Shown here in pieces: positions 37,843 through 47,896 of a stretch of DNA of 64,000 bases. The stretch's first letter is position 1; each line of letters opens with the position of its first letter. The position numbers and the translations under genes were made by a program. A model generated the notes under the pieces. It saw only the letters and a program-made list of their open reading frames with translations. It was not told where the DNA came from and did not search any database. This DNA comes from Nitrososphaeria archaeon (lineage in GTDB: Archaea; Thermoproteota; Nitrososphaeria; Nitrososphaerales; JAAOZN01), in the NCBI GenBank assembly GCA_029775855.1, contig JARVJZ010000006.1, positions 12,353-76,352 of the forward strand. Direction: 5' to 3'.

Positions 37843-39162
37843 CTACGGTGTTAGTGTGACTGTGTCTCTTGGGTAAAGAACAACCTCTCTTATATTTTCC
37901 TTCCCAGTGAGTATCATCATAAAGCGGTCTAAGCCGAAGCCCCAGCCTGAATGTGGGGGCATACCCCAGTCAAAGACCTTAAGGTGTTCTGAGAAGGATG
38001 AAGGGTCTAACCCCAATTCTATCATTCTATCCTCAAGTTTTCTCCTATTTGAGATCCTTCTGCCTCCAGAGGCTAGTTCTAATGCGCCGAACTGTAGATC
38101 AAAAGATTTTGAGATGTCTGCTTCTGTATCTATGTAGAAAGGTTTAAGCTGCGGGGGCCACTCGGTAATAAAGTAGAAGCCTTTATGGAGCTCACCTAAT
38201 GCCTTTAAAGCAGAGTCTGTGAGATCTTCTCCTTCTTCTATTTTGAAAACGACCTTCTGCAACTCTCTTACAGCATCTCTATATGTGATTCTTGGGAAGG
38301 GTAAAGTCGGCTTCTCTATGGTATGTTTTAGAGTGTTGAGTTCATCCTTATTATACTCTAAAACAGAGTCTATACAGTTCGCAACCATCCTTTCACAAAC
38401 ACCCATAACATCCTCCATATCATAGTATGCTGCTTCGATATCCACACTTATGAACTCGCTTAGATGCCTTCTCGTATTCGACTTTTCAGCCCTAAAGAAA
38501 ACTGAGATCTCAAATACTTTCTCTAAGGCTAGGGTTAGCTGCTCCTTATAGAGCTGTGGGCTTTGAGCAAGATATGCTTGGCGCCCAAAGTAGTCTAGCG
38601 TAAATAGTGTTGCACCTCCTTCAGCAGCTTGCCCTATGATCTTAGGCGTATTAACTTCAATAAAACCTTCATTTATCAGCGTGCGCCTTATAGATTGCAA
38701 CACAGTATGGCGAATCTTAAATATTGCAGCTACAGTAGGGTTTCTTAGATCAAGTGCCCTTGAGCTTATTCTTAGGTCTAGTGCTGACGGTGTTCTACCG
38801 GTTGGGTCTATTGGCAGCGGATGTGTAGCATATGAGAGAACTTTGAACTCTCTAACTTCAACTTCGACTTTAACCGCTTTAGCTCTGCTCTTCTGCACAA
38901 CACCAGAAGCACTTATCACGCTTTGCCTAGGTGTCTGAAGCGCCTCATCATATAACTTGCCTAGCTCTCTGCGTAATAGCAGCTGCGCTACACCTGAGAC
39001 ATCTCTAACGGTTATGAAAGCAATAGACCCTAAGGGGCGGATATCCTCAATCCAACCAGCAACCCTTACATTCTGCCCAACCAAATCTTCTGTGAGCTGC
39101 GATGCAACATGTGTCCTTAAACTACCTAAACCAACCTTAACACTAGGCTCTTTATGCGCCAC
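37843..39162 (-). CDS. aspS: Aspartyl-tRNA synthetase (archaeal class IIb)
   Basis: N-terminal OB fold (VRVAGWIEDIRPLGSIAFITVRD). Class II motifs FRAE, GGRRI, GWGFGLDRFMMILTG. 439 aa. Confidence 0.9.
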   Translation of the reverse strand: MAHKEPSVKVGLGSLRTHVASQLTEDLVGQNVRVAGWIEDIRPLGSIAFITVRDVSGVAQLLLRRELGKLYDEALQTPRQSVISASGVVQKSRAKAVKVEVEVREFKVLSYATHPLPIDPTGRTPSALDLRISSRALDLRNPTVAAIFKIRHTVLQSIRRTLINEGFIEVNTPKIIGQAAEGGATLFTLDYFGRQAYLAQSPQLYKEQLTLALEKVFEISVFFRAEKSNTRRHLSEFISVDIEAAYYDMEDVMGVCERMVANCIDSVLEYNKDELNTLKHTIEKPTLPFPRITYRDAVRELQKVVFKIEEGEDLTDSALKALGELHKGFYFITEWPPQLKPFYIDTEADISKSFDLQFGALELASGGRRISNRRKLEDRMIELGLDPSSFSEHLKVFDWGMPPHSGWGFGLDRFMMILTGKENIREVVLYPRDTVTLTP

Positions 39163-39210
39163 AAGGAGGAAGCCAACACTTAAAACAATTTAAGATTTTT
39201 CACAAACACT

Positions 39211-39744
39211 TTACAAAGCTTTAGCGTAACTTGCGCGCTCAAACTCGACAAGAAGATCGATATTACGCACCGCCTTAACAACCTTCTTAATCAACTCAAC
39301 ATCCAAAGGGAAGCGCTCCGTCTTTCTACCCGGAATTATAACCTTCGTAAGCTTGCTACCATCAGGCAGCCAAACCACGTTGACAGTCAAGATTCTTATA
39401 GGGTAGAAGAGGTCTTCAAGCATCTTACGGTCTGTAGACTCAGCCTCTATAAGCATAGTCTTACCACCCATAGCATCCTCTATACTCTTATGTATGGACG
39501 GGTTAGAACGCAAAATGTTAAGATTACCTGCAGCGAAGGTCAACACATAGACACCATCCACACTTTGAGCTCTTACCAAAGAAACTCTACTTAACTCAGG
39601 CACCTTTTCCGCTAACTTTGTCAACTTAATCGAAGCTTCGACATCAAGTTCACTAATATGACCCCCCTTAAGCCTCGCTTCACACTTAGGGCATAAAATA
39701 CCCGTCTTGGCGTCGAAGGCGCAGATGGGGGTCTTTATAGTCAT
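39211..39744 (-). CDS. Zinc-ribbon plus KH/NusA-like putative RNA-binding protein (tentative)
   Basis: N-terminal PICAFDAKTGILCPKCEARL zinc knuckle followed by alpha/beta repeats. Family assignment from memory only. Confidence 0.3.
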   Translation of the reverse strand: MTIKTPICAFDAKTGILCPKCEARLKGGHISELDVEASIKLTKLAEKVPELSRVSLVRAQSVDGVYVLTFAAGNLNILRSNPSIHKSIEDAMGGKTMLIEAESTDRKMLEDLFYPIRILTVNVVWLPDGSKLTKVIIPGRKTERFPLDVELIKKVVKAVRNIDLLVEFERASYAKAL

Positions 39745-39825
39745 GCGTATAATGGAGGGTGGATAAGGGTAAATAAACCTATATGTGGTTAGGAGTATTT
39801 TAGAAAAAAATTAGGAAAGAGGCGA

Positions 39826-40110
39826 CTAAGCCGCTTTCCCTAAGTAGATTTCGATGGAGCTGACGTTGCTGATATTGCCGGTTTCGCTGCTCTTTATCTG
39901 CTCTGTATCTATCTTTATGTTCTTCACGACGATGTCTGATGCAAACTTCTTGCGTGTGATCTCGGCTGTGTCGACTGCTTTGCTGATTGCCCTACCTCTA
40001 GCCTTTAGGACGACCTCGTTAGCGCCGTTCTGGATCATGGTTAGGCAGGCTAGAACATAGTTCATCACTGGTTTTTTTCCAATCAGTATAGTTGTTGACG
40101 ATTCTGGCAT
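39826..40110 (-). CDS. albA: Alba chromatin / RNA-binding protein
   Basis: [42 protein letters not shown] is the canonical Alba core. Confidence 0.9.
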   Translation of the reverse strand: MPESSTTILIGKKPVMNYVLACLTMIQNGANEVVLKARGRAISKAVDTAEITRKKFASDIVVKNIKIDTEQIKSSETGNISNVSSIEIYLGKAA

Positions 40111-40171
40111 TTTGCCTTCGCCCTTTTAGTAGACATAACTATCATTATTATGGTCTTAAAATATTTACGGT

Positions 40172-41503
40172 TCACCCTACAGCTTTGGTCACTTTTGTCT
40201 GTTTTATGAGCATATAGGGAGTTAGAGTTGGTGTTTGAACCTCCCACCAGTAGATCCATCTTCGCTCTTCTGTGGTTGCTGCTATGTTTTTTAGCTGCCT
40301 AGGTAGGCTGTCGCTAATCCTAAGCCCAGCTACAGCGTGCTTCACTTCACCGCTTTTGATGTAGAAAGCCGCATCCCTTGGTAATGTTGAATACTCTCCA
40401 CTTCTTAGATTCTGAAATCTGGTATACCAGTTGTTAGTTATGTAAAATCCTTCACCTACTTCTTTTAACAGTTCATCTAAACTGCGGCTTCCAGCGTTCA
40501 CTTCAAGGTTCCAGGGGTGAGGGGCGATGATACCAGCTGAGCCTGTTGATGCCGCTTTGAACCTTTCTGCTGTGCTTGAGTTATGAAGGTAGGTTTTGAG
40601 CACACCATTCTCTATAATTACATTATCACGGGTAGGCACACCTTCATCATCAAAGATTCTTGTGTTTAACGAGCCCTCTACCACACCGTGATCAATAAGT
40701 GTAAAGAGATCGCAAGCAACTTGCTCGTTGAGCTTATCAGCTAAGAAAGAGATGCCTGATTCTACTGCGAATGCTGAGGCTGCTTCGCCAACGTGTTGTA
40801 TCAGGTCTGCTGCTACTGTAGGTGAAATTACTATGTCGTAAACACCTTCACTCCAAGGACCTCTGTTAACGGCCTTCTTAGCGTATTGTGCGGCTTCTTC
40901 AGCAGCTTTTAGGGGGTTAAACGTGTTAAGATGGGTTGAACAAGCTAACCCGTGTCCGCTCGCATCGTCTATGAAGACTCTTTGGTTGAGCAGTATCCGG
41001 GTAGATCTATCGCTTTGTCTCACCCCACCTGTGCTAACTATACTCAACTTGCTAGCTTCCGCGGTTATCGTGCCTGCGGTTCTTTTTCCACCCTTTTGAA
41101 TGGCTTGATCTATGATCTGCTTAGCATAATCCTCAAGCAAACTTTCTTCGCAAGATTCGATCTTTGGGTCATAGTTTCCGTGGGTAGGGTATGAGAAAGG
41201 ACCTTTCGGTAGATGTGTGTAGTGTGGGTTTGGCTCAAGCATCTTGCAAGATTCGATGAGCCTGAAAACAAAATCTTTAAGAGCATTTTGAGTTGGATTT
41301 GAGGTTGAGCCTATTATCCTCCTCCTTCCTATAGACGCATACACAAAGACAACAACATCTTTTATACTCTTGGTTACTGATAGAGCGTTATTATTAAATC
41401 TAAGCATTCTTTCCCAGATCTGCGCTGCGATAACGGAAGCATCTTCAGCACCCAATCTAACCAGATGATCAAGAACTTCGGAAGCTGTTACTTCAGTATC
41501 CAA
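40172..41503 (-). CDS. pmbA: PmbA/TldE-family metalloprotease component
   Basis: 443 aa. TldD/PmbA C-terminal pattern (GFYITNNWYTRFQN...). Adjacent to tldD. Confidence 0.8.
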   Translation of the reverse strand: MDTEVTASEVLDHLVRLGAEDASVIAAQIWERMLRFNNNALSVTKSIKDVVVFVYASIGRRRIIGSTSNPTQNALKDFVFRLIESCKMLEPNPHYTHLPKGPFSYPTHGNYDPKIESCEESLLEDYAKQIIDQAIQKGGKRTAGTITAEASKLSIVSTGGVRQSDRSTRILLNQRVFIDDASGHGLACSTHLNTFNPLKAAEEAAQYAKKAVNRGPWSEGVYDIVISPTVAADLIQHVGEAASAFAVESGISFLADKLNEQVACDLFTLIDHGVVEGSLNTRIFDDEGVPTRDNVIIENGVLKTYLHNSSTAERFKAASTGSAGIIAPHPWNLEVNAGSRSLDELLKEVGEGFYITNNWYTRFQNLRSGEYSTLPRDAAFYIKSGEVKHAVAGLRISDSLPRQLKNIAATTEERRWIYWWEVQTPTLTPYMLIKQTKVTKAVG

Positions 41504-41510
41504 GCCTCTT

Positions 41511-42953
41511 TCACCTCACACCAAGCTTTATGCTTCTAAGCCTAATATGAGGACCACCTGTCCATACGGGTGCACCTTGCATAGGGTCTCCTTTCCCGCA
41601 GCTCGCTGCTTTGAACTGTAGGTCTTTGCCTCTCGCGTCAACGCTGCTCCAAAACTTTGGGGTTGTTACTTCTAGTATAGGTGCTTTTACACCAGCTTTA
41701 AGTTCTCCTTGCTCTATGAGATAGGCTTCTAAACCAACATATCTTTGGTTCATTCTTATATCGTCTATGTTCCACTCCATAAACGATTTTATGTAGACGC
41801 CAAGCTTAACGCCTTCGAGCAGCTCTGCGAATGTATAGTCTCCTGGCTCAACGTATGTGTTCGCCATTCTTATGATGGGTTCGCGGTTATAGGCTACGCT
41901 TCTTGATGCAGCGTTGCTTTTTGTTGAGAAAGTGTTTGCTGTAGCGCGGTTGTGTAAATATTCTTTTATTACTCCTCCTTCTATAAGCCTTCTCTTTCTA
42001 GCCTTTACACCTTCTTCATCGTAAAGGTAGAAGCCCATCGAGTGAGGTATGGTTGGGTCATCGCTCACATAGGCTTCGCTGCTCCCAATCCTCAACCCTA
42101 AGCTATCTATCTTCAAATATGATTCTCCGGCTTGAGCGCCTTCTCTTCCAAGTATTCTGTCTGCTTCAGCTGGGTGCCCAGAGGATTCATGCGCGACTAA
42201 GCCCACAACGTCAGGTCCAAGGATTACATCTATTGGTTCTAGAGGTGGGTTGAGTGTGCTCTTTACAGCTTTTGCTAGGTTTGAGCCTTCTTCTTTAAAA
42301 AATGTGAGGGGGTCTAAGCGTTTTACTACCTCCCAGCCTCCGCTTTCACCTAAAGCAGCGTATCCTGCGGGTATCGTTATGGTGTGGTTTCTTCCATCAT
42401 ATGTTGCGTTGATGAAGGAAGATATGCTTACTCGGGGCACTCTACTCCTCAGCTCAGCGCCTTCGCTGTTTGTGTAGAACTTTTCTTCCACAGAGGTTTC
42501 TACCATCAAGAGCCTATTTGTGAATGAGACGCCGTGAAAACCATTCTTTATCTCGTTATCTAATTCTTTGAGGAGGTTGAGCATAGTCTGCACATCTACA
42601 TCCTCAAGTTTCTCCTTCTCTTCGGCGCTCCACACACCTTTACCCATCTCTTCGCAGCTGAATTTTATAGGTTCGCCGAGTAAGTTGATGGATGCCTTCG
42701 CTCTTTTGAACACTTCTTCTACGAGGTCTTTGATTGATTGAGTCGATAGGATATTAGTAGCCCCAAAGGCTAATGCGCCTTTATATCTAACTCTAACTCC
42801 TAACCCAAAAGAGTCTGCTAGTATTGTAGGCTCTGGTGTTGAATTCTTTAGTAGGCAGCCAACTTCTATGGTGCGGTGAAGCCTTGCTTCAACATAATCT
42901 ACACCTAAGGAGAGGCCATAGTTTACTGCAAGCTTAGCTAAATCTAAATCCAT
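41511..42953 (-). CDS. tldD: TldD-family metalloprotease
   Basis: HESSGHPAEADR (HExxxH) motif. The ATG at 42953 (MDLDLAKLAVNYG) is preferred; the ORF-track extension to 43160 overlaps the divergent antiporter gene. Confidence 0.85.
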   Translation of the reverse strand: MDLDLAKLAVNYGLSLGVDYVEARLHRTIEVGCLLKNSTPEPTILADSFGLGVRVRYKGALAFGATNILSTQSIKDLVEEVFKRAKASINLLGEPIKFSCEEMGKGVWSAEEKEKLEDVDVQTMLNLLKELDNEIKNGFHGVSFTNRLLMVETSVEEKFYTNSEGAELRSRVPRVSISSFINATYDGRNHTITIPAGYAALGESGGWEVVKRLDPLTFFKEEGSNLAKAVKSTLNPPLEPIDVILGPDVVGLVAHESSGHPAEADRILGREGAQAGESYLKIDSLGLRIGSSEAYVSDDPTIPHSMGFYLYDEEGVKARKRRLIEGGVIKEYLHNRATANTFSTKSNAASRSVAYNREPIIRMANTYVEPGDYTFAELLEGVKLGVYIKSFMEWNIDDIRMNQRYVGLEAYLIEQGELKAGVKAPILEVTTPKFWSSVDARGKDLQFKAASCGKGDPMQGAPVWTGGPHIRLRSIKLGVR

Positions 42954-43041
42954 GCCGTTTAGGTATCGGAAGGCGGTGTATAATTTTTTTATGCACCGCT
43001 TTACAGAAAAATTTTTACTGAGAAGCGCTGTAGGCTCTCGG

Positions 43042-44247
43042 ATGTTAACCGAACTAGATATTCTTAGGACAGTAGCCAGCTTAGGTTTGCTCATCTTTAT
43101 AGCAAGAGTATTTGCTGCGCTTCTCAAGAGAGTTAAGATTCCTGAGGTAGTTGGCCTCATATTGGCGGGTATAGTTTTTGGACCGTATGCGTTAGGTGGG
43201 CATATTCACTTATTTGGTGAACCGTTGATAGAGTTTAATGAACTTACAGTGGCATTTTCAGAGATGGGGGCGGTGATAGTGCTTTTTGCTGCAGGGTTGG
43301 AGTTTAGCTACGCTGATTTGCGTAAAACGGGCGGTCCATCTTTTTTGATAGGTGGTGTTGGTGTGATAATACCTTTCTTTTTAGGTTATCAAGCGTCTCT
43401 ACTATTGGGTCTTGGATGGACTGCTGCGCTGATAATCGGTGCTGCGTTAACCGCAACTTCTATAGCCATTACAGTAGAGGTTCTCAGAGAAATACGTCAG
43501 TTCAACTCTATAGAGGGCAGAATAATTGTTAACGCAGCACTCATAGACGACGTACTTGGCTTAACGGTACTAGCAATAGTCACATCTATAGGATTAAGTG
43601 GAGCAGATATAACTTTGAGCAGACTACTTTATGTCGTAGTAACATCCATTAGCCTATGGCTGATAATGCTAGTCATAGCTGGTTTGATCTTCCCAAGAAT
43701 TGTAAACTTGGCGTCAATATGGAAGGCTAGGGGAACCGTTGAAGCTATAGCCACAGGGCTATGTTTCGCTACAGCTGCAGCTGCTTATGCAGTAGGTCTT
43801 TCACCTATTGTAGGTGCTTTTGCTGCTGGAATGGCTTTAGCCGGGTCTAAAGCGGTTTTGCAGATAAGCGAGTTTACGTCTAACTTGGAACTTATATTTG
43901 GACCTATATTTTTCGCTTCTATCGGCGCTTATGTTAATCCCTCTGCGCTTGTAAACCTTAATGTGCTGCTTTTCTTGATTATGGGGTTTGTTGCTATTAT
44001 AAGTAAGATGATAGGATGCGGGCTTCCTGCGTGGTTAATCTATAGGAATAGGAAGATCGGTATGCGCGTAGGCATAGGTATGGTTTCAAGGGGCGAAGTA
44101 GGTTTCATAATTTTGGGTATCGGATTAAGCCGCGCCATTCTTGATGTGGCTACATATTCGGCGCTGCTGCTCGTCGTATTATTTACAACCATCATCACGC
44201 CAAGCTTGGTGAAGAGAAGTTTTGCATCGAGGGGAAAGACAGAATAG
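43042..44247 (+). CDS. CPA2-family monovalent cation:proton antiporter (Kef/NapA-like)
   Basis: Polytopic. IPEVVGLILAGIVFGP and FAAGLEF motifs. The ATG at 43042 is preferred over 42952. Confidence 0.8.
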   Translation: MLTELDILRTVASLGLLIFIARVFAALLKRVKIPEVVGLILAGIVFGPYALGGHIHLFGEPLIEFNELTVAFSEMGAVIVLFAAGLEFSYADLRKTGGPSFLIGGVGVIIPFFLGYQASLLLGLGWTAALIIGAALTATSIAITVEVLREIRQFNSIEGRIIVNAALIDDVLGLTVLAIVTSIGLSGADITLSRLLYVVVTSISLWLIMLVIAGLIFPRIVNLASIWKARGTVEAIATGLCFATAAAAYAVGLSPIVGAFAAGMALAGSKAVLQISEFTSNLELIFGPIFFASIGAYVNPSALVNLNVLLFLIMGFVAIISKMIGCGLPAWLIYRNRKIGMRVGIGMVSRGEVGFIILGIGLSRAILDVATYSALLLVVLFTTIITPSLVKRSFASRGKTE

Positions 44248-44279
44248 CTAGTTAACCAATTGGTAAGCTGGTAGCATGT

Positions 44280-44855
44280 ATGGAACTTGATGAACTTGAT
44301 TACCGCCTCGCTAAAGCGCTGCAAGAAGATGGTAGGTTAACTACTAGGCAGATAGCCTCCTTAATTAAGGTAAGTGAACCTACTGTGAGAAGCAGATTGA
44401 AAAAACTTAGGGAGTTGGGTGTGTTGAATATTAAGGCATCTTTAGATCTTAGAAAGATAGATTGCACAGCTGCTTTTCTAACGTTGAAGCTTAAGGCTTC
44501 GAATATTCAAGAGGTTTTGAAGAACTTATCTAGTTTTCCTGAGGTGGATGCAGCTTACCAAACCTTTGGCGAATATGATCTAGTAATCTTGGCTACTGCG
44601 AAAGATGTTAAGGGTATTCAGAGGTTAAGCGAAAAGTTGGCTGGTTTGGACGGGGTTGAGGTGCTTAGAGTGAGTATGCTTCTTGATGCTTTGGTTGAGC
44701 GAAGAGGGTTTAGTGTTAGGGTTGGTGTAGGCGTTAAGGTTAACTGCTTTAACTGTAGAAAAGAGATTAAAAGTGAAGAGATGATTGAGCATGAGGGAAG
44801 ATTCTTTTGCAGCCAAGTGTGCCTTAACAAATACAAAACGGAGCGTGAAACTTAA
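44280..44855 (+). CDS. Lrp/AsnC-family regulator with a C-terminal TRASH-type metal-binding domain
   Basis: LDELDYRLAKALQEDGRLTTRQIASLIKVSEPTVRSRLKKL (HTH), RAM domain, then CFNCRKEI-x17-FCSQVCLNKY (CxxC...CxxxC). Confidence 0.8.
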   Translation: MELDELDYRLAKALQEDGRLTTRQIASLIKVSEPTVRSRLKKLRELGVLNIKASLDLRKIDCTAAFLTLKLKASNIQEVLKNLSSFPEVDAAYQTFGEYDLVILATAKDVKGIQRLSEKLAGLDGVEVLRVSMLLDALVERRGFSVRVGVGVKVNCFNCRKEIKSEEMIEHEGRFFCSQVCLNKYKTERET

Positions 44856-44886
44856 ATACATATATTTCTTTGAAGCACAAAATTAG

Positions 44887-45804
44887 ATGAGCAAAATTAG
44901 AGTTTGGTTCGAGGAACTAAGACCACCTTTCCTTATACTTTCAATCGTCTTCACAATCTTAGGTATAGTAGTAGCTTTAAAAGACGGCTTCTTTAACCCA
45001 ATTCACGCAGCCTTAACTCTAGTTGGGGTTGCAGCTCTGCACGCTGCTGCTAATGTCTTGAACGATTACTTTGATTATCGTAGCGGCATCGATGTAGAGA
45101 CAGAGAGGACCCCTTTTAGCGGGGGAAGCGGTATTCTTCCAAGCGCTAAGATGACCCCCAAGGCTGTGCTGCTTGAAGGTGTGTTGCTTCTGCTTGCTGG
45201 TTTGGGCATAGGCTTCTACTTTATCTATGTTAGCGGGTTTAACCCTATCCTAATATTTCTTGTTGCATTTGCTGGTGCTGGGATAGTGCTCTATTCGCCA
45301 ATCATATCTCACATAGGCTTCGGCGAGATTCTAGTTGGGTTATGTTTTGGTTCACCTCTCCTTCTAGGAGTATACTTCGTTCAAACTTCTGCGCTGAGCT
45401 TGGAAGCTGGTTTAATCGGTTTAATTACTGGAATATTGACGGCTGCTGTGCTCTATGTGAACGAGTTTCCAGACTTTAAAGCTGATGTGAAGTTTGGAAG
45501 ATATCATGCTGTGGCAAGGTTAGGTAAGGCGAGGGCTGCATCCATCTTAAAATACATATTCGCCTCCGCATACATAGTTCTAATAATTTCATCAGCAGCA
45601 AGAATAATTCCCTTTGTCGCCTTGATAGCTCTACTTACCGCTGCGCACGCAAGGTTAGCTTATAAAATTCTTGCTGCGAAGTATGACGATAACAAGCAGA
45701 TTATACCGGCTATGGCTAATACAGTCAAGACCGCCATACTTACGGGTGTGCTACTAATCATAGCATATGTTGTAGTTTGGGTTGCTTCTCTCTTTGGCTT
45801 TTAA
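44887..45804 (+). CDS. UbiA-family prenyltransferase (MenA-like)
   Basis: NVLNDYFDYRSGID Asp-rich motif, 8-9 TM helices, second motif YVNEFPDFKAD. Confidence 0.8.
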   Translation: MSKIRVWFEELRPPFLILSIVFTILGIVVALKDGFFNPIHAALTLVGVAALHAAANVLNDYFDYRSGIDVETERTPFSGGSGILPSAKMTPKAVLLEGVLLLLAGLGIGFYFIYVSGFNPILIFLVAFAGAGIVLYSPIISHIGFGEILVGLCFGSPLLLGVYFVQTSALSLEAGLIGLITGILTAAVLYVNEFPDFKADVKFGRYHAVARLGKARAASILKYIFASAYIVLIISSAARIIPFVALIALLTAAHARLAYKILAAKYDDNKQIIPAMANTVKTAILTGVLLIIAYVVVWVASLFGF

Positions 45805-45843
45805 AAGATCTAAAGAAATAACTTGAATGAAGGATAGGGTTGG

Positions 45844-46440
45844 TTGATGCTTAGCGTCCATGTTGCTGATGTAACTTACCTCTCTTTAAGTTGGGATGAA
45901 GTTGAGGATTATGTTTCAGAGTTGGCTGAGCGGGTATACAGCGTCTACCAACCTAACACTCTACTGGCTGTGATGAGGGGAGGCGCGATTGTTGGGGTTA
46001 TGTTGGCTGACAGATTAGGGGTCAGAAGAGTCTGCACAGTAAACCTAAGATTTTATGAGAAGCCTGAGGTTAGAGGTGTTTTGGATATTTATCAGAAGCC
46101 GCCTATGGAGTGCATATCTAATAACGTGGTGCTGGTTATAGATGATATTGTTGATACTGGTCAAAGCCTTTCAGCGGTTATGCATTTGAGAGCGCTTAGG
46201 AGAGCCAAGGAGGTTAGAAGCTCAGCCCTATTAGTGAAGGAGCATTCGACATACATGCCAGACTTCTATATTAGAAAGGTAGAGGGGTGGGTCTTCTACC
46301 CTTGGGAGGTCAGAGAAGCTTGCGAGGAAATCTACTCTAAAATATGCAGCATAAACGAAGCTAAAAAGATACTCATAAATGGCTTAGGGTTCTCCCAGAA
46401 GGCGGTTGAGCAAGTCTTAGGGCGGTTAAAGGTGAAATAA
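45844..46440 (+). CDS. Type I phosphoribosyltransferase (purine PRT-like)
   Basis: PRPP loop VVLVIDDIVDTGQSL. Confidence 0.7.
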   Translation: MMLSVHVADVTYLSLSWDEVEDYVSELAERVYSVYQPNTLLAVMRGGAIVGVMLADRLGVRRVCTVNLRFYEKPEVRGVLDIYQKPPMECISNNVVLVIDDIVDTGQSLSAVMHLRALRRAKEVRSSALLVKEHSTYMPDFYIRKVEGWVFYPWEVREACEEIYSKICSINEAKKILINGLGFSQKAVEQVLGRLKVK

Positions 46441-46444
46441 AATT

Positions 46445-47368
46445 ATGTTTGAGGTCGCTGATATAAACCTTACAAAACCTATGAGCTGCGACACATTAGT
46501 TAGGCAGATGAAAAATTCGGGAGGCTTCACAGGAAGACTTCTAGCAGAAGCGGTAGATATACTAGAGCAGATGGTCAAAGATAAAAGGTGCATAAAGTTC
46601 CTATCTTTCCCAGCAGCACCAATAGCGACTGGGCTTCGAGGCGTAATAAGAGAACTTATCAAGCGTAGGCTGGTAGATATCATCATAACGACTTGCGGCA
46701 CGCTTGACCACGACTTGGCAAGATGCTGGGGCACCTACTTTCATGGGAGCTTCAACTTAGATGACAGAACGCTCTACAAAAAAGGTTACCATAGGTTAGG
46801 AAACCTACTCATACCAAAAGAAGCATATGGTCCTCTTCTCGAAAAGCATCTACAACCCATCTTCGAAAAGATCTTAGGCGAGAACACCAAGATTACATCC
46901 AGCTTGTTAGCATCAAAACTCGGCGAATATATCCGAAATGAATCATCCATACTGTATTGGTGTTGGAGAAGCGGTGTAAAGGTCTTCATACCGGGGTTGA
47001 CTGATGGTGCTGTAGGTAGTCAGCTCTGGCTCTACTGGCAGAAGCATAGAAACATATCTATAGATCCTTTAGGCGACGAGGAGGAGTTGGCTGAGATAGT
47101 CTTTAAAGCTAAGAGAAGCGGAGCACTCATGCTAGGCGGAGGGATATCTAAGCACCATACTCTTTGGTGGAACCAGTTTAGAGGAGGCTTAGATTATGCG
47201 GTTTACATCACAACCGCGGTTGAGTATGATGGTAGTCTCAGTGGAGCTGAGGTTAGAGAAGCGATTTCTTGGGGTAAAGTCAGTATGAAGGCTAAACAAG
47301 TTACTGTGCACGGAGACGCTACAGCACTCCTACCTCTTATCGTCGCAGCACTCATAGAGCGCATCTAA
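46445..47368 (+). CDS. dys: Deoxyhypusine synthase
   Basis: 307 aa. LVDIIITTCGTLDHDL and ISWGKV motifs are typical of DHS. Confidence 0.9.
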   Translation: MFEVADINLTKPMSCDTLVRQMKNSGGFTGRLLAEAVDILEQMVKDKRCIKFLSFPAAPIATGLRGVIRELIKRRLVDIIITTCGTLDHDLARCWGTYFHGSFNLDDRTLYKKGYHRLGNLLIPKEAYGPLLEKHLQPIFEKILGENTKITSSLLASKLGEYIRNESSILYWCWRSGVKVFIPGLTDGAVGSQLWLYWQKHRNISIDPLGDEEELAEIVFKAKRSGALMLGGGISKHHTLWWNQFRGGLDYAVYITTAVEYDGSLSGAEVREAISWGKVSMKAKQVTVHGDATALLPLIVAALIERI

Positions 47369-47625
47369 TTGTTAATTGTATACATTGCGATATATGTGAC
47401 GGTCTTAGTGATAATCTTTAGGGTTCTCATCATCTTAACTATCTTCTTTAGATCATTAAGGCTCTTCACATCAAACACTACAACACCATCGTGCTCCCCG
47501 CAGACTACAAAGACCTTTTTGACGCCCTCCATTCTTTTAATCTGGTCGATAGCCTCTTTCTCGCAACCTTTTACCAAACTGAAGAGTATAACACCTTCCA
47601 CATTCGGCAACCGAATCATCCCCAA
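47365..47625 (-). CDS. Stand-alone Lrp/AsnC ligand-binding (RAM) domain protein, divergent paralogue 3
   Basis: 86 aa, beta-alpha-beta-beta-alpha-beta-like. The start abuts the stop of paralogue 2. Confidence 0.55.
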   Translation of the reverse strand: MGMIRLPNVEGVILFSLVKGCEKEAIDQIKRMEGVKKVFVVCGEHDGVVVFDVKSLNDLKKIVKMMRTLKIITKTVTYIAMYTINN

Positions 47626-47880
47626 CTAGCTTTCAACTTTATGCGTTCCCGGTGGGAAGACTGAGATTAAAGTCTCGGTGTGCACAACGTTAGGATGAGC
47701 TTCAACAACCTTATAGATGATCTTAGCGAGCTCTTGAAGGTCTTTAGTTTCGATGACCAGCACAGCATCAAACCTACCAAAGACTGAGCTAGCAAGCTTC
47801 ACACCCTTTATCTTCCTAGAGGTTACTATTTCTTGTGAAGTTCCTGGTTTTGTTGTTAGTAGCACGAAAGCTCTGATCAT
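47626..47880 (-). CDS. Stand-alone Lrp/AsnC ligand-binding (RAM) domain protein, paralogue 2
   Basis: MIRAFVLLTTKPGTSQEIV...FGRFDAVLVIETKDLQEL...VVHTETLISV. No HTH. Confidence 0.75.
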   Translation of the reverse strand: MIRAFVLLTTKPGTSQEIVTSRKIKGVKLASSVFGRFDAVLVIETKDLQELAKIIYKVVEAHPNVVHTETLISVFPPGTHKVES

Positions 47881-47896
47881 TTGCCAGAAGCCCCTC

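Noticed and set aside
42952-43160. Mutually overlapping N-terminal extensions of the divergent tldD (to 43160) and antiporter (from 42952) ORFs
   Set aside because: The two extensions occupy the same DNA on opposite strands. Conserved protein cores begin at the internal ATGs (42953 for tldD, MDLDLAKL; 43042 for the antiporter, MLTELDIL), which leaves a normal 88-nt divergent promoter.
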